From NCBI RefSeq assembly GCF_031769215.1, contig NW_026782195.1, positions 1,674,001 to 1,738,000 on the forward strand: a stretch of 64,000 nucleotides of DNA. The letters are read 5' to 3'. The stretch is from Ylistrum balloti. Taxonomy: Eukaryota. The position numbers and the translations under genes were made by a program. The notes under the pieces are model-generated. The model was not told the DNA's origin, made no database searches, and saw only the letters and a list, made by a program, of their open reading frames with translations. Below are positions 11,808 to 25,446 of this stretch, one piece after another. Each line of letters begins with the position of its first letter. Within the stretch, counting starts at the first letter, position 1.

Positions 11808-14800
11808 AAATGCATTTTCATGATTGAAGAATTGCACTAGTGTTCGCAGTGATACTGGTCCCTGATAAAGTAGATGTGTTTTTATAAATGTTAAAATTGA
11901 ACACGACCGCTTAAAGTTTTGCACGTGTAATTTTGTATAACACTTAGGGACCTAGTCATTTCTTGTTTAACGTATTGTAGTGGAATAGCCTTTCAGCAAC
12001 AAAACCTTAACTTCTGAATCATGACCTTCGGAAACGTGCTAACTTTATGACATTAATGGGTGTCGTGGAGAGGATTCCCATGAAGCTCGATTATATATAC
12101 AGTCACGTGCAGATCTTTTACAACGATTTACGTCCAAAGTGTTAGTCTCATATTTTGTGATAGTCATTTCTTAACTGTGAAATTTATTGACTTAATTTAA
12201 ATGTGTAAGTAAATTGATTTATTTATAAAATATGAGTTATTTTTGTGTATTTCTCTTCATCGTCCTGACTAGCTGCAGGTAAATCTCATTCGAAAATTTG
12301 CTGATCGTTAGATGATGGTATGTAGTTACAAAGAAATTATTACAGATAAATTATCTCCCGTTACGAATACATTACATTTCTTTTATGCTTTGATCTGCAT
12401 TTAATACGTCACAAAGTTAAGAACAGTTATACATTTTGAGAGGGATGGAGCAGTCGTAAAATTGATATAAACATATTCAACTTAGTTACCATTATTTTCG
12501 GTTATCCAGCTCATGGTAGCCTCTCTCTTATTTAAAATGTGTACAGACACCGTAATAATTTTGGTAATTTGTGTAAAACGCGTGTTGTCTTGCACTGCAC
12601 AGAATTGTATTTGTTCTACTGATAAAAAGTGTGGGTTTTAAATATTGGACCTTCAGCCAATCACGTACTTAATGAGCATAGACGTTATTGTTATTAAGGC
12701 TTTATATTGACAAGGGAAGTAACTCTATGCCAATATATATTGTCTCCTCTTCTAGAGAACTAGCATATCGACATAATGGCAGAAAAGGCTCTCCTGGAAG
12801 ATGACTGTTAGCTACTGTTGTAAATGGACATATTTGACGTTTCTCATACTTATTAAAATATTTCATACGTAGAAAAAAGTACTCCATTTAGCATGCATAC
12901 AAAATGTGGTCTCAGTGAATTTTTTTATTAAAAATGTGCAAATGCAACATGAAAAAATCGCTTTGTCCAGAATACATTCGAATTCTATCTCATAAATGCA
13001 ATCTCGAAACAGTTGAGTGCCTTTTCCAGACCTAGTTCACATGGTCATTTCTGTTTTTACGGGAGTACTGAACCATGACTTCAGTATTCAAAAAATAAGG
13101 TAACCATGAATTAAGCTACACGTGCCATCTATTGTTATCTTAATTGAGATTACCATTTGGGGATAAAATACCTTTGTGTCTGTTACTTCGTCGTGTTTTC
13201 TTACTAAATGATGACAAATCATGTGCTGAAATTCGAAAAGGTATCTCAAATTAAGCTAAGGCTTGTCTTGAAAAAAAATACTTGAATCACTGGAAATATC
13301 TGTGTTTCAAAGCATCATGTGCGATACATTCAGTATTCGGTCTTAGTTGCCTATGATGGGGCCAAGGGGACAATAGATTTGGCAGTAAAGAGACAATTTG
13401 TTTACGTTATTTGGATTCAAACTGCTCTCGTGGCAATTGTCAATTTTACTCATCAAAATGTATTTCACTTCCTGGAATCCAAATGCTACAAGTCTCACGA
13501 GGATATCATGTTAATAAACTGAAACCTGTATAGAAAGTATCCTGCCTACATGTGGTAATATCTCAGTGAGAGTGTCCCGTATGGTAATACATCTTGTTCT
13601 GTGACAACTTCCGATAGCTACAGCGTGGGCCACGTGTCTGAAGGTATCAGTTATATATTTACTGTGTGTATGGTATATCGGAAAACTATGAGGATGTAAA
13701 ACCGGCACCAATGAACCCACACCAAAGCCATATTTCTGACTGTTACACGATACATCACGCCAACCTGATTTGTGTTTTTTTGGTTTCTGTGTATCTAACA
13801 ATACAACGGGTACAAGTTTGAGAAACAGCTTCAGTTTTGTTTGGAAAACGATTTACAAATCATTAACATTACCATATGTTTGGTTTATAAATAGATCACT
13901 GCATTTAAAAAACAAACAAATTGTGTAAAACTTTATTTATTACGAAATACGTTTACGGTACAACGATCAGATAAACATTTCATTTCGTTTGCAAGATTTA
14001 CTCGCTGGAAACTGTCCTATTTTAAAAACTTTCGATATGTTAGTCAGCGCCGATTGGTAGTAAATATGCTGTCTTTCCAGATTCTTTGTAGAGTTTTTCT
14101 CAGTATTTTGCTGAAAAATAAGAGACGCATGACTTATCTCACTAGTCACCATATTTAATTGTATACTATTCATTTAAAGCTGACACTGCAAGTTAAAAAC
14201 ATAACGTGTTAAGATAGATAGAAATAAAAGTAGAACGCTTTCGAGACCTTCCCTCTATGTTACCGATAACTTCCGGTCAATGTATCTAAGGAAGTGGCAG
14301 ACATTTGAGTCTAAACGTTGCTTGGAAACGTATACGGGGTATCCGAGGGCACAAAAGGCCTGCGTTTTCAATATATTTCAATATCGACATAACGCGACTG
14401 CTAGGTACATCGCTTAAGATCATTTACTCGATTCCATTTTTTTTTCTTCCAAGTGACTGAATAACCTGGAAATTAACATTGAACACGTATCTATGACAAC
14501 CAGATACAATATTAGCCAAATAACAGAAATAAACATTTATATACGTTACGATTTACACACCTTGAGCCGTGCGTTCTGGAGGAAAAAATACACAACATAT
14601 TAACAAACGAATAACTTAGGCCAACTCTACCTTGTTTTTCTAGATTACTGGCATAAATTCCTGTGTAATAAGCTTTACTATTTAGAATTATTTTCTTCAG
14701 AAAAAAAAGAGTTCACTAGTGGAATTTTAGACAATCTACAACAGGTCACCGCTTTGCACGGGCTTTATTAGTCAAGCATTTACACAACCAAGATTGAGAA

Positions 14801-16959
14801 AAAATAACAGTAGTCATATTGTATACGTTATTTTTCAAGCGCTTTAGTGACATAGTAAAATTGGTCGTACCAGACTGTGGTGCACATGCACGTGTTTCGG
14901 GATATATGCGATGGACTGCAGTGAGTTTTCTCTGTTTTCAGTTTTATTGTAACTTTTTAAATATATTTTTGGAAAGCCGAGAAGAACTGATCATCTTCAC
15001 GCAACTTCAAAACCCTTAGGTAAGTTCACTATTTTTGGAGCACGCTTACATGTAATTATATAACATTTTCACTTCGGGCGGTCAATGTTGAAATGAAAAC
15101 CGGTTTGACAGGTTACAAGTCTGTTATACCCTGGGATACCCATACTCATTTCCGAGCAAGGCATAGACTAAAATGTCTTCCACTTCCTGAAATACACTGA
15201 CCGGAAGATATTTTTATCATAGGGGACCTCTCTGAAGCATTTAAGAAACGGAAACCTTTTTTTTTAAACTCAAAATGAAAATTTTAACTTGCATTGTCAG
15301 ATTTAAATCTATTTCTGACATGGATATAATTTTGATATGATACCAGACGGCATTTCGAAGCCGAAGCAAACAGAGATGGAGGATACAGTGTAAATACCGG
15401 AAGTGTTATTTGTTTTTGCGATCATGGAGAACTTCGAGACCAGATTCTTAAAATCTCATATGAAACGAAAACAAATTTAATTTATTCTTTATCACATATC
15501 TCAGAACAGTCAAATTTAATTTAAAAGTAAAAATGCAGAGGATAACATCAAACTGGGTGGCAAATTTAATATATGACGTCACGCCATTGGCCATATAATG
15601 ACATCACAATAGGTTTTCGACTTGACCACCCCAGAAAGATCGCCCCATGATACGCTGTACATTATCACAGCCACGCCATTACATATCAAACACGTCACAG
15701 CCAAATTTGGGCCCAAGTTATCAGATTTTGAGTGTCTGACAATCTTGAATCATACGTTAAATAGTTCGATTGCTGGGCTAAAGGACATCCATAACAAATT
15801 CTTTTACCTGGCACAAGTAATTTTAAGTACTGAAATATAAAATCAATAGTGTTGTCATTTCACGTGCAATTGATAAGTATTGTTGATGCACCTGTTCATT
15901 GTTTTAAATTAAAAAAAAAAAACTGGTTTCCATATCGATCTCTACTGTGCCATATATGCCCGGAGTTTTTTTCCCGTGCATGTCTCATTTGAAACGAGAG
16001 CAAATCCTTCTGACCTGCATTATGTTGACTCAACATGAGCAATCTGTTACACTCGTTCTGCAAGCCGTATGAGCAGTATTAAGCATCTTATTAGTCCTCA
16101 GCTATCATCCCGGATTATTCTTGTGATAGGGTCTTCGGTTGGTTGGAGAGTAGAAAGGAAAGCTGCTTTTGACCGCCTTTCACAGAAACAGCTGCCTTCA
16201 GAAAAGCCGGAATTCCAGACACTATTCCCAAGAACTAAATCGAAGTGAAGCGACCCTTAATAATGCCCTATTTTTATTGAATTTTATTTTTTGTTGTCAT
16301 GGTGATATTTTCTTTGTTGATTTTTGAAATAAAAATATCTGAATATGCTGAGGTTATTTTTTTCAACGAGCCATGGTTATAATTAACTAAGGGAATATAT
16401 GACATCCGACTTGGTATAGAAACATTAATAAGAGAACTACGCTGGTGACTTGTTTTACAGCGGTTTTAGGACTAAACTTACACTGCGAAATGACGAAGAT
16501 TATGAGGAAGTGTTGTGGTCGTTAAAATGGTATCATCGAGAAACTTTCTGTTTCTTTGTGCGATGTGACGCTGGACGTGTTTGATGCTCGTTATTTTGTC
16601 TGATGGTTTTCTTGTTCCTAAATCTGTTCTCCTAAGGGAATGCGACATTACTTGGATTACAATATTTACATGGCAGGTGTCGTCGATGAAGCAGACGAGT
16701 CTTACCCTTCCGGAACACCTTAACGTACCATCCTTGTAAAACATCTCCGTGTACTTGTTGATATTTTTTCCTAGGTAGCTCGAATTTGAAATTTATTTCG
16801 GGTTCTTGTACCAGGTCAATATTGACTTTGTTTTTAAGTTTTATTATCATTTTTAGAGGATTATACGTCATTCTCTGAGTTAAAATATCGTTTTGTGGGG
16901 ATATATAAGGCAGAAAATATCTGATGAATGTAATTATACATCATGTGGGGGATTGTATA

Positions 16960-17345
16960 TGTTTTACATCATTTTAGGGATTATAAAGGGGACCGGGTAA
17001 GGTTTTACATCATTTGGGGACTCTAAAGGGGACTTGGTAAGGTTTTACATCATTTGGGGCAATAAAGGGGACCTGATAAGGCTTTACATCATTTGGGGAC
17101 TATAAAGGGGACCTGATAAGGCTTTACATCATTTGGGGACTATAAAGGGGACCGGGTAAGGTTTTACATCATTTGTGGGACAATAAAGGGGACCTGATAA
17201 GGCTTTACATCATTTGGGGACTATAAAGGGGACCTGATAAGGCTTTACATCATTTGGGGACTATAAAGGGGACCGGGTAAGGCTTTACATCATTTGGGGA
17301 CAATAAAGGGGACCTGATAAGGCTTTACATCATCGTCGGGACTAT
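16960..17345. repeat. 40-bp minisatellite, ~9-10 copies
   Basis: Unit GCTTTACATCATTTGGGGACTATAAAGGGGACCTGATAAG; period 40 (17081, 17121). Confidence 0.95.
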
Positions 17346-18685
17346 AATTCTCCACACATTTTTGGGTAGTGTATATGGTTCCTGTTTTGTGCTTTTAAGG
17401 GGGTTATATCTATTAAAACCAAATCTGTTAGACTCACAGAACATAACACTTAAATGTTGGAGATGAGGGAAGATACGAGAGAGTTTGGTGACGTACCACG
17501 TTCCCTCGGGGAAGGTTTGAGTAATGAGATTCTGCTGCAGTGGTCTTTTAAGATACGGGCGTACATTATCAAGTAGTGAAACCTTCTAAAAGCTTTATCT
17601 TTCTGGTACGTGCTGAACATTAATGACAAATTTAGTCTTTGTATCACGTAGTACACAACCTAAACGGTTATATAACATTAAAACACGAAGACCATGTACG
17701 GGATCTCAGAACTTCCTACGATCCATCATGATACATGTGCTAGTGGCGTTTTATTTAAAATGGACAGAAGACTGGACTATATTGAAAGTAAAACAGGAGG
17801 ATAAAGATTCAAATGAAATTTGATTTCCCAGCTTTTAAATCTGGCCCCAAGATATTGAGATTTAACACTGATATTATACCACACAATGCACATTTGTAGT
17901 AATGCTTAAGGGATATCGATAAAGCAATTTGTACTTTTTGATATCGCCCTTCAGGAAATATACAGAAATCGCACTAATCCTTTCGTCCCATCACGGCCGC
18001 TGGCGGTCCTGACTAACTCAATATGTGTTGTGTTGTTGTTTTTTTTTCTAACATATCCTTGTTTTACTGTAATGCATTTGCCTTTCGTGTTTTCGGTGTT
18101 AATGGTACGGTGCCTTTAATTGTTACTTAGTGTATGGATAAGGCAACGCACTCTTAATGACTATCCGATATCTTTAGTACAATCTTAAATGGAAGTACGC
18201 GAAATTTCTATTAACTGATTTGTGGTATAGAACCCAGAAATGGTGTAATCGATGAAATGAAAGTTTCTGTTTCCTTGGAAATAGAAATTTCTTAAATGCT
18301 ACATATGTTTTATACTCTCGAGATGTTTATTGAAATCAGATAAATCTTCGTATGGCCAAGCTGTGGTTAAAATGTCCATAGGAAGTAAAACATAGTGTGC
18401 ACTTAATGGCATTGGTCAATTTATTTTTATTTACATACGTACCAAAAACAATATACATTGAACACAGCTAACCATGACTACATTGCGACCGAACATTCGT
18501 TGAATAAAAGTTTTATCTTCATTGGAAATCGCCAGAAAGTCGTTGAGTTTGCAGACACTTGGCAATTACTTGTGGTACAGAATGCCAGGCGAAGTTAACA
18601 AGCGGTATTCCGTCTTATCGATCACGTGTTACATAATGTGTTCACATCGGTGTAATTACGCTAAATGGATTTTATCATTACACCC

Positions 18686-19440
18686 TCAATCTTTCCTCTT
18701 GCCTCTCTCCGTTTCTGACGACGTTTCAACGCTATAGTGATATCTAACCTTCATTTCAGTCATGTAATTTTCTGCCGTTTTCTGGAGGTGCGACAAGGTT
18801 TCGGCGTATAAGCCATTCATGCACAAATCGGTCGTGTTCAAAGCCTTTACGAAGAGAGGTACGTTCGCAACCGGAAGTTCGAGTAAACTTTTCTTCTCGT
18901 CCATTGTACATGCTACAATTGTGTGGTCTTTTATGACGTCATGAGTCTGTAGGACAGATGTGAAACTGCATGGTTTTGTGGGCGGCCGACCGTGAAGGAG
19001 TTTGATAAACACTCCTTTAGCCAGTCCTGCCGAAAGTAGATCATTGATACTGTACACATACGCAATATCATCAACATTGATGTGTTTTGATGTTGTCTTT
19101 CTCGCTTCTATCATGTAGAATAATCCCTCAGCGTCAAACGGAAGTAAAACCTCGGTATTGTCATCAGTAAAGCAACGCAAACAACGTAGTAACTTCCGGC
19201 GTGTCAACTTCCGGTAGTTGTTGTAACGTATAAAATCCTCATGGATGTTGATGACCCGGAGAATTCCTGGTTGAACCTCTACCCGTTGGTATAGTCCTTC
19301 AGGTTCACTTTCACATGGAGGTTCCTTCAGCACAAAGCCGGGTACAAATTTGGCTGACAGCATACGGACTGGCATAACTCTAGCGACACTGGCCACAGTC
19401 TTCATGGGCATTTCAAGGTCATCAATTAAACGGAACCAAC
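18686..19440 (-). CDS. CABIT-domain protein B, coding exon 2 (spliced product up to 370 aa)
   Basis: Acceptor catatttacag|GT TGG TTC (GWFRLIDD). CABIT signature LRCFTDDNTEVLLPFDAEGLF; also LLHGRPPTKPCSFT. Stop TGA at 18688-18686. Confidence 0.9.
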
Positions 19441-19591
19441 CTGTAAATATGGAGAAAACGTTTATGTTTTGAATAGTTACTTTCAACATTTTACTTAATA
19501 GAAAGTTTGTATATGTCAACAGGAACCGCAATGTACGGTCACGCTTTACTTAGATATATCAAATAGAATTTTACAATTCTTGAAACAAGGT

Positions 19592-19774
19592 TTTTTTCAA
19601 GTTTTATTTATCAATTTTATTGGCCTCGATGGGTGCGCGCGAGAGGTCTTACTGCGAAGAGAAACTGGAGTATCCAGAGAAAACCCACTTGGCACGCTGA
19701 TGACCTCATATCTTTTGGAGAATCGAACCAAAAACGTCTAGGTGAAAGGCGAGTGTGTTACCAACCCGCCATCT
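19592..19774 (-). mobile_element. tRNA-derived SINE (V-domain-like)
   Basis: Minus strand has an A-box-like TGGCGGGTTGG and a B-box GGTTCGATTC. The central GGGTTTTCTCTGGATACTCCAGTTTC resembles the V-SINE core GGGTTTTCTCCGGGTACTCCGGTTTC. A-rich tail. Confidence 0.75.
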
Positions 19775-20249
19775 AACCGCAATACTTAATGTATACAAAT
19801 ACATATTACAAGTGCGTGACACGTGTTAATGTAAAAAAAAACTACATCATCATGGTAATTGCACCAACACTTCGCGAATGTACATACAGTATTTGTCAAC
19901 AACTAATTTTGGCATGAGTAGCTAGTAGTCTTAATCAGATACTGGTATAACTTTGTACAGCTCCAAGTCCTTAATCGACGCGCACGTAATTATCCAGTCA
20001 CCCGCATATAAAGAAAATCAGTATTCTCTTGACAGAGTTCAGAATTTGTTGGTTTTAGTTGTACATTCTAAATACGTAACATATGTGGCGAACTTTGGTT
20101 CCAGTGACGTGCGTCACCCACGCTAATCTGCCAGAGTATAGAGATGTATGTAGAGTTAGCGATACAAATGACGGCAGCTTCAAAAATATCGCCCAGATCA
20201 TCTGATAGCGTCATCTTACCCATTCTCCGTTGTGCTTTTACAGCTCTCC

Positions 20250-20700
20250 CATCATCTTCCCATGTAGAGCCTCATTCACCATCCCCTTCAGTTCTCGAGC
20301 TATCATCCCCTGTAGCTCCTCTATCACAATCTCTCTTCACTGTATCACCCCTCCCTATAGCTCCTCATTATCATCCCCTCTAGTGCCTCTGTCACATCAT
20401 TCTGTAGAGCCCATATCGTAACCCTAAATAGAACCTTTGACACCGTGCCCTGTAGCGCCCCGTCCCCATCCCCTGCAGCGCCCCGTCATCGTCTTCGGAA
20501 CGGCCCCTATCACCATCCCTTATAGATCCCTTATGAACATTTCTTATAGCTTCCCCATCACCATATCCTGTAACTCCCCCATCACCATCCCCTGTAGCTT
20601 CCCAATAAAAATATCCTGTATCTCCCCCATCATCATCCCCTGTAGCGCCCCGTCATCGCCTTCCGAACCGCACCTATAGTGCCCCTATCACCGTTCCCGG
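20250..20700. repeat. Degenerate C-rich short-period repeat
   Basis: Recurrent ATCACCATCCCCTGTAGC(T/G)CCCC-like motifs. Confidence 0.7.
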
Positions 20701-21559
20701 TAGTATATGCCGCACAATACATCTGAAGTTATGATAGAATTCATAACTGGGTTGAACCGATTATTTTTCGCGGGTCGTCTCTTGGTATTCAAACAGTGTA
20801 CAGGTAGTTCGACATTCACGATTATCGTCACCAATTCCAGTGAATTCGATTCCCTTTTGTGACTTAGCGTCGACATTATGCTAATATGAAGAAAGATATT
20901 GCGCTTAGAACCCATGTAATGTTTTTAATAGAAATAAACTGAAACGAACGAGATCTTGATTTAGAGGCTTTGGCAATGAATGTCAGAATTGTTTTTTCTT
21001 ATATTCCCGAAGCAGTGAAATTATTCGATAATTGAAAACAAAGATACTACACTTGATCTGTTTTCTATCGATCAAACGATGTATAAAAAAGCACCACATT
21101 ACACTGATCCGTTCCGACAGAGAAGAAATAAGATAGTGGTTATATGGAGTTCTTTTAACCTTTTAATACTAAGGCGATTTTCTCTAATTATCACGATCTT
21201 CCACTTCAATCGATTTCCCACGAGCTTCGTCATAAAGGCAACAAGATCGATGCCTAGCTGTTTCTGGATGTTTGTCGTATGGGTATTACGGTTTTCTCAG
21301 ACCTTGAAGGCAGACCTTTTTGCCTTGTGCAAGGTGTATTTAAAGTCATCAAACGCTCGTTCGGAATTCCGCCCTGACGTTAAAGAATAAGCCAATCGAA
21401 CTTTGGTATTTCGGAAACAGACACCAAGCAGATGATTTTCTCAAAGACTCCCAGGTTAAGTTTAAGTGTCTTTAATAAACTTCGGTAACTAGTTTAAGTG
21501 GTAACTCATCATGTGGCCCTACTTTACAGACAACTAATTAACGGCATCTGTTACCGTAA

Positions 21560-21990
21560 TTTTACCTTTCGGTGGACAACTAGAAAAATGTACTTGACGA
21601 CAAAGTCTTACCATTTGGTGGACAACCTGAAAAATTTACTTATCAACCAAATATTACCTTTCAATGGACAACCAGAAAAATTACTTGTCAACAAAGTCTT
21701 ACCTTTCTGTGGACAACCTGAAAAATTTACATATCAACAAAGTCTTACCTTTCTGTGGACAACCTGAAAAAATAACTTATCAACCAAATCTTACCTTTCG
21801 ATGGACAACCAGAAAAAGGTACTTGTCAACAAAGTCTTACCTTTCTGTGGACAACCTGAAAAATTTACTTATCAACCAAGTCTTACCTTTCTGTGGACAA
21901 CCAGAAAAAAGGTTCCTATCAACAAAGTCTTAGCTTTCTGTCGAAACCGCAAAAACGGAACAGATCAATCAAGTCTTACTTTTCTGTGGG
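21560..21990. repeat. ~46-bp minisatellite, ~9 copies, inside gene B intron
   Basis: Unit AAAGTCTTACCTTTCTGTGGACAACCTGAAAAATTTACTTATCAAC; period 46 (21711, 21757). Confidence 0.92.
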
Positions 21991-23584
21991 CAAGCAACGA
22001 ACTTCTTCCTTTTTTTGTGAGCAAGCAATGAACTTAAATTTCCTAAGACAACCAAAAATAGGACTTACAAATCAAGTCTCACCTTTTCGAAGACAGCTAG
22101 AAACTACAGCTTATAAATTAAATCCGGGATTTTCTATGCAAAATTAGAAAAAAGATTTACCAAGTACTTTGGAAACCCATTTGGATAGATATTTAAGGAT
22201 GAAACAAAACCTGAACCAAAGGGCACTTCACATATTGGGTTCATACACATCAATGGAACTTTTTATCTTTTTTTCTCTATTTCTTAAAAAGTTTCATTAA
22301 TCAAAGTGCTATTTTTACGCAAAAAGGAAACAATAACAAATAAATATTTTATATTTACAGCGGTGTTCTTCCATTGGTACATTGATTTTAACATTCACTA
22401 ATCTGAGGCTGTGTTTTCAAATCTCTCGTGTGCCAGCCGCCGGTAAGAAACCCATTGCGGTATCAATGTAGAATGTTGGGCTCAGATTCATGAAAAGTAC
22501 TTTGTGTAAGAAAGCTGCGCACGTTTTCTTGGCGGAGGACTGGAAGATCAAATCATGTTTTTGAAAAAACACAATAATTTGAACAACATATAAAAACAGT
22601 GACTTTTTAAAATTTTTTTTTTAAATATTCCGCTATTTATGTTATCAAGATTGGCCCTCATTTGAATCCGCAGCTTCTTATTTCAATATATTTATATATA
22701 AAGTATGAAGAGTATGATTTCATTTGACATCTTATTGGCAAGTACACTTGAGTTTGTTTTAGTCACAAAGCGTTAGGCGCGGGCCTCTTCACTATTCATA
22801 CGCCATCCGCGTGTTTTTGTTTTCACACAAAGTTTCGACTTGCGCTAGGACCGAGAAAGCAGAGTAAGAGGACAATAAGTATTCACCTTCTTTAGAATGA
22901 GAGCGTGGTATCTCAACCTTCGTGTGGAGATCATTAAGTTGGCAAACACTCGGCAAGCCTCGGGTATTATTCTCAGCACCCATCGGCTGTAAAATTTATC
23001 GATATGCATGTACCATCATAAGAGTGAAAAGAAGGGCAGTAACTCTGGGATATCAGAATGTAAAAAGGGTGAAAGAATCTATTAGTCTTTATTTTTGGAG
23101 TCAACTTTCAAGCAAATGATTATGAACGGCCTAGAATGTACTATACTATTAAGGCTGTATGTACTTGTTTAAGTAAGATAGACCAGATTGTTGATGAAAT
23201 TACCAGGCTCGCTGGACCCGTGTTGCATAGTAATGAATGGCTTTCCGATACTTGTTAGTACAAGATACCCACATACTAAAGTACTGTGTGAATTGTCTCC
23301 TCCTGGTACACCAAGTATACCTAGCCAGTTGTAATAAATAAATCATGGAGACAATCACGTTTACAGTTGTACTAATTTAACACTGTAAATTGAGAATGTA
23401 CATCAAGTCGGAATTCAGTCAGGGAGGTGAACTCTGTCTGCGACACCTCCAGGTTTCGTTTACAAAGCTAGCGTTGTAAACATCAGGTTTTTATGGAGGC
23501 AAAATTTGTACATGTACATTCAGGATTGTGCTTATCTCTGAAATCAACTGTTTCACTTCATCACACCTTATCAACAATTTACTG

Positions 23585-23728
23585 CACTTAATAAGGAGTA
23601 CACTTGTCACTGAAAGCAGTATATGAACTTGATAAGAGGTGCGCTTGTCACTGAAAGCAGTACATGGACATATTAAGGAGTACACTGATCACTGAAAGCA
23701 GTACATGGACTTAATAAAGAGTACACTT
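23585..23728. repeat. 41-bp tandem repeat, ~3.5 copies
   Basis: CACTGAAAGCAGTA at 23608, 23649 and 23690. Confidence 0.85.
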
Positions 23729-25446
23729 ACCGCTGATCAAAATCATCAAGAAAATTCTTTCATGTGAATTATCGGATCTAAGTCGATCAGATGCCGTCCA
23801 CGGAAACCCTTGACAAAGGTCAAGGGTCATTGTAGAGAATAAAGAGCGTCATGTAATCACTGGTTTTACTACAGATAATTACATCGCTGGTCAGTAACTT
23901 GTGATAGGAATCGACCCTCGTTGACAGTTTTCTCTCGCCCATTATCGGACTGCAATCAACTTGGTTTTATTGTACAAATGTAACAAAAAATCAATGTAGC
24001 CGACTGGTGTGGCCCACTTAACACCTGACTGGTGTCCTAATTAAGACACATTGCACGGTATTCAGCTTTCCCTACCTCCCCTCGGGCAACAACTATCTGC
24101 TTGTTCATCAATGTCGACTCGTCCCCGTAGCTGTTATTCTAGAGCAGCGGTAGTCCACGAGAAACGCATTATTGATACAACATACGCCGAAAGTGATATC
24201 TATCAACCTCGTCTTCTCAAGCGTGTCTATGGGTACATAAAGGAAATATATAACTTGTCTACCCGATCGTAGATTAGATATTTGAGTGCCAATCAACCGA
24301 AAATTGACCTAATTCCACATGGTGTATTGATCAGCTGTTACCCCAAGAAACCAATAATATACTAGCGATATAGACTGGTGTGTTCCCGGTGGTGGGACTG
24401 TTTGTCAGGAGGGCGAGGAACAATATACAGATGTAGTTACGATAACTCAATATTGATTAACTGTTTACTCACAAACACAAACGATACACAAGAGAATCGT
24501 TATTCGTCGGAAGTATCTTTGGAAGACGGTGTTGCGTATTTTATTGAAAAGTAACGGATCCAGAGACCCGAGGGATGTTAAATGTTAGATTCCAGATTTC
24601 AACAATATTAAAAGTGCGAGAAGTACATGTAGTTTCGGAAGAATAATTGAACAAACTTTTATTAAGAAAGTCATGTTACCAAGAATTAGAGTACAGCAGA
24701 TGGGTATATGTTTATTTATTTCGTCCAGTTTGACGCATGGATAATGTTATTTACATCCTCTATCTAAATAATGTTGACGTTATTTGTTACTAGTCGCTTC
24801 TGACTGGCAAGTAAAGCGAGGTAGTGAGTTGTCACAGGAAAGAGTTCGTTAAAGAAAGTTGAAAACAATTTGTTTCCGACTGAATAAACTGTATTTATTT
24901 CCCGATAGTAGCGGACAGGAAAGACAGAAATGATGAACATACCATTACTGTTACCAGGAGATGCAGTAGGGCCACAGTTACCCTGACGAGAAGAATGACC
25001 AACATTACCTACGTAACCTATGAAAATGACAACAATTGTGACCCAGTGTACACCTTCTTTACCAAAGAATATTGAGCCAGTTGTAGCCATGTATTTACAT
25101 CCATCAATAATAATCAAAGTTAAGTCAGCCTTTACCTACATCTTAAAACTGACAAAAGCTATGGTCAAATATATATACATTTAGAACAAAACAACAATGA
25201 CAATGACAAAACGATTTGATATTTTTTTTAAAGATAACGACGGAAGTAACGGGTGTTCAATATTACTGTCCACAAGTCCGAATACGGGACGTCAGTTGTT
25301 ACCATTTCAGAAGGCTTTTAAAGATAATTTTTCGGTTAAAGTTGAAGGTTTTTACATAACTAAATAATAATGACACAACAATCACTGACGTCATGTTCTT
25401 GCGTCTATAATTCAGAGAAATAAAACAAATATGTAGTAGCATTAAT

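Noticed and set aside
19441-19531. N-terminal 31 aa of ORF 18686..19531
   Set aside because: Intronic read-through. The acceptor at 19441 and homology to genes A and C place the exon start at GWF.
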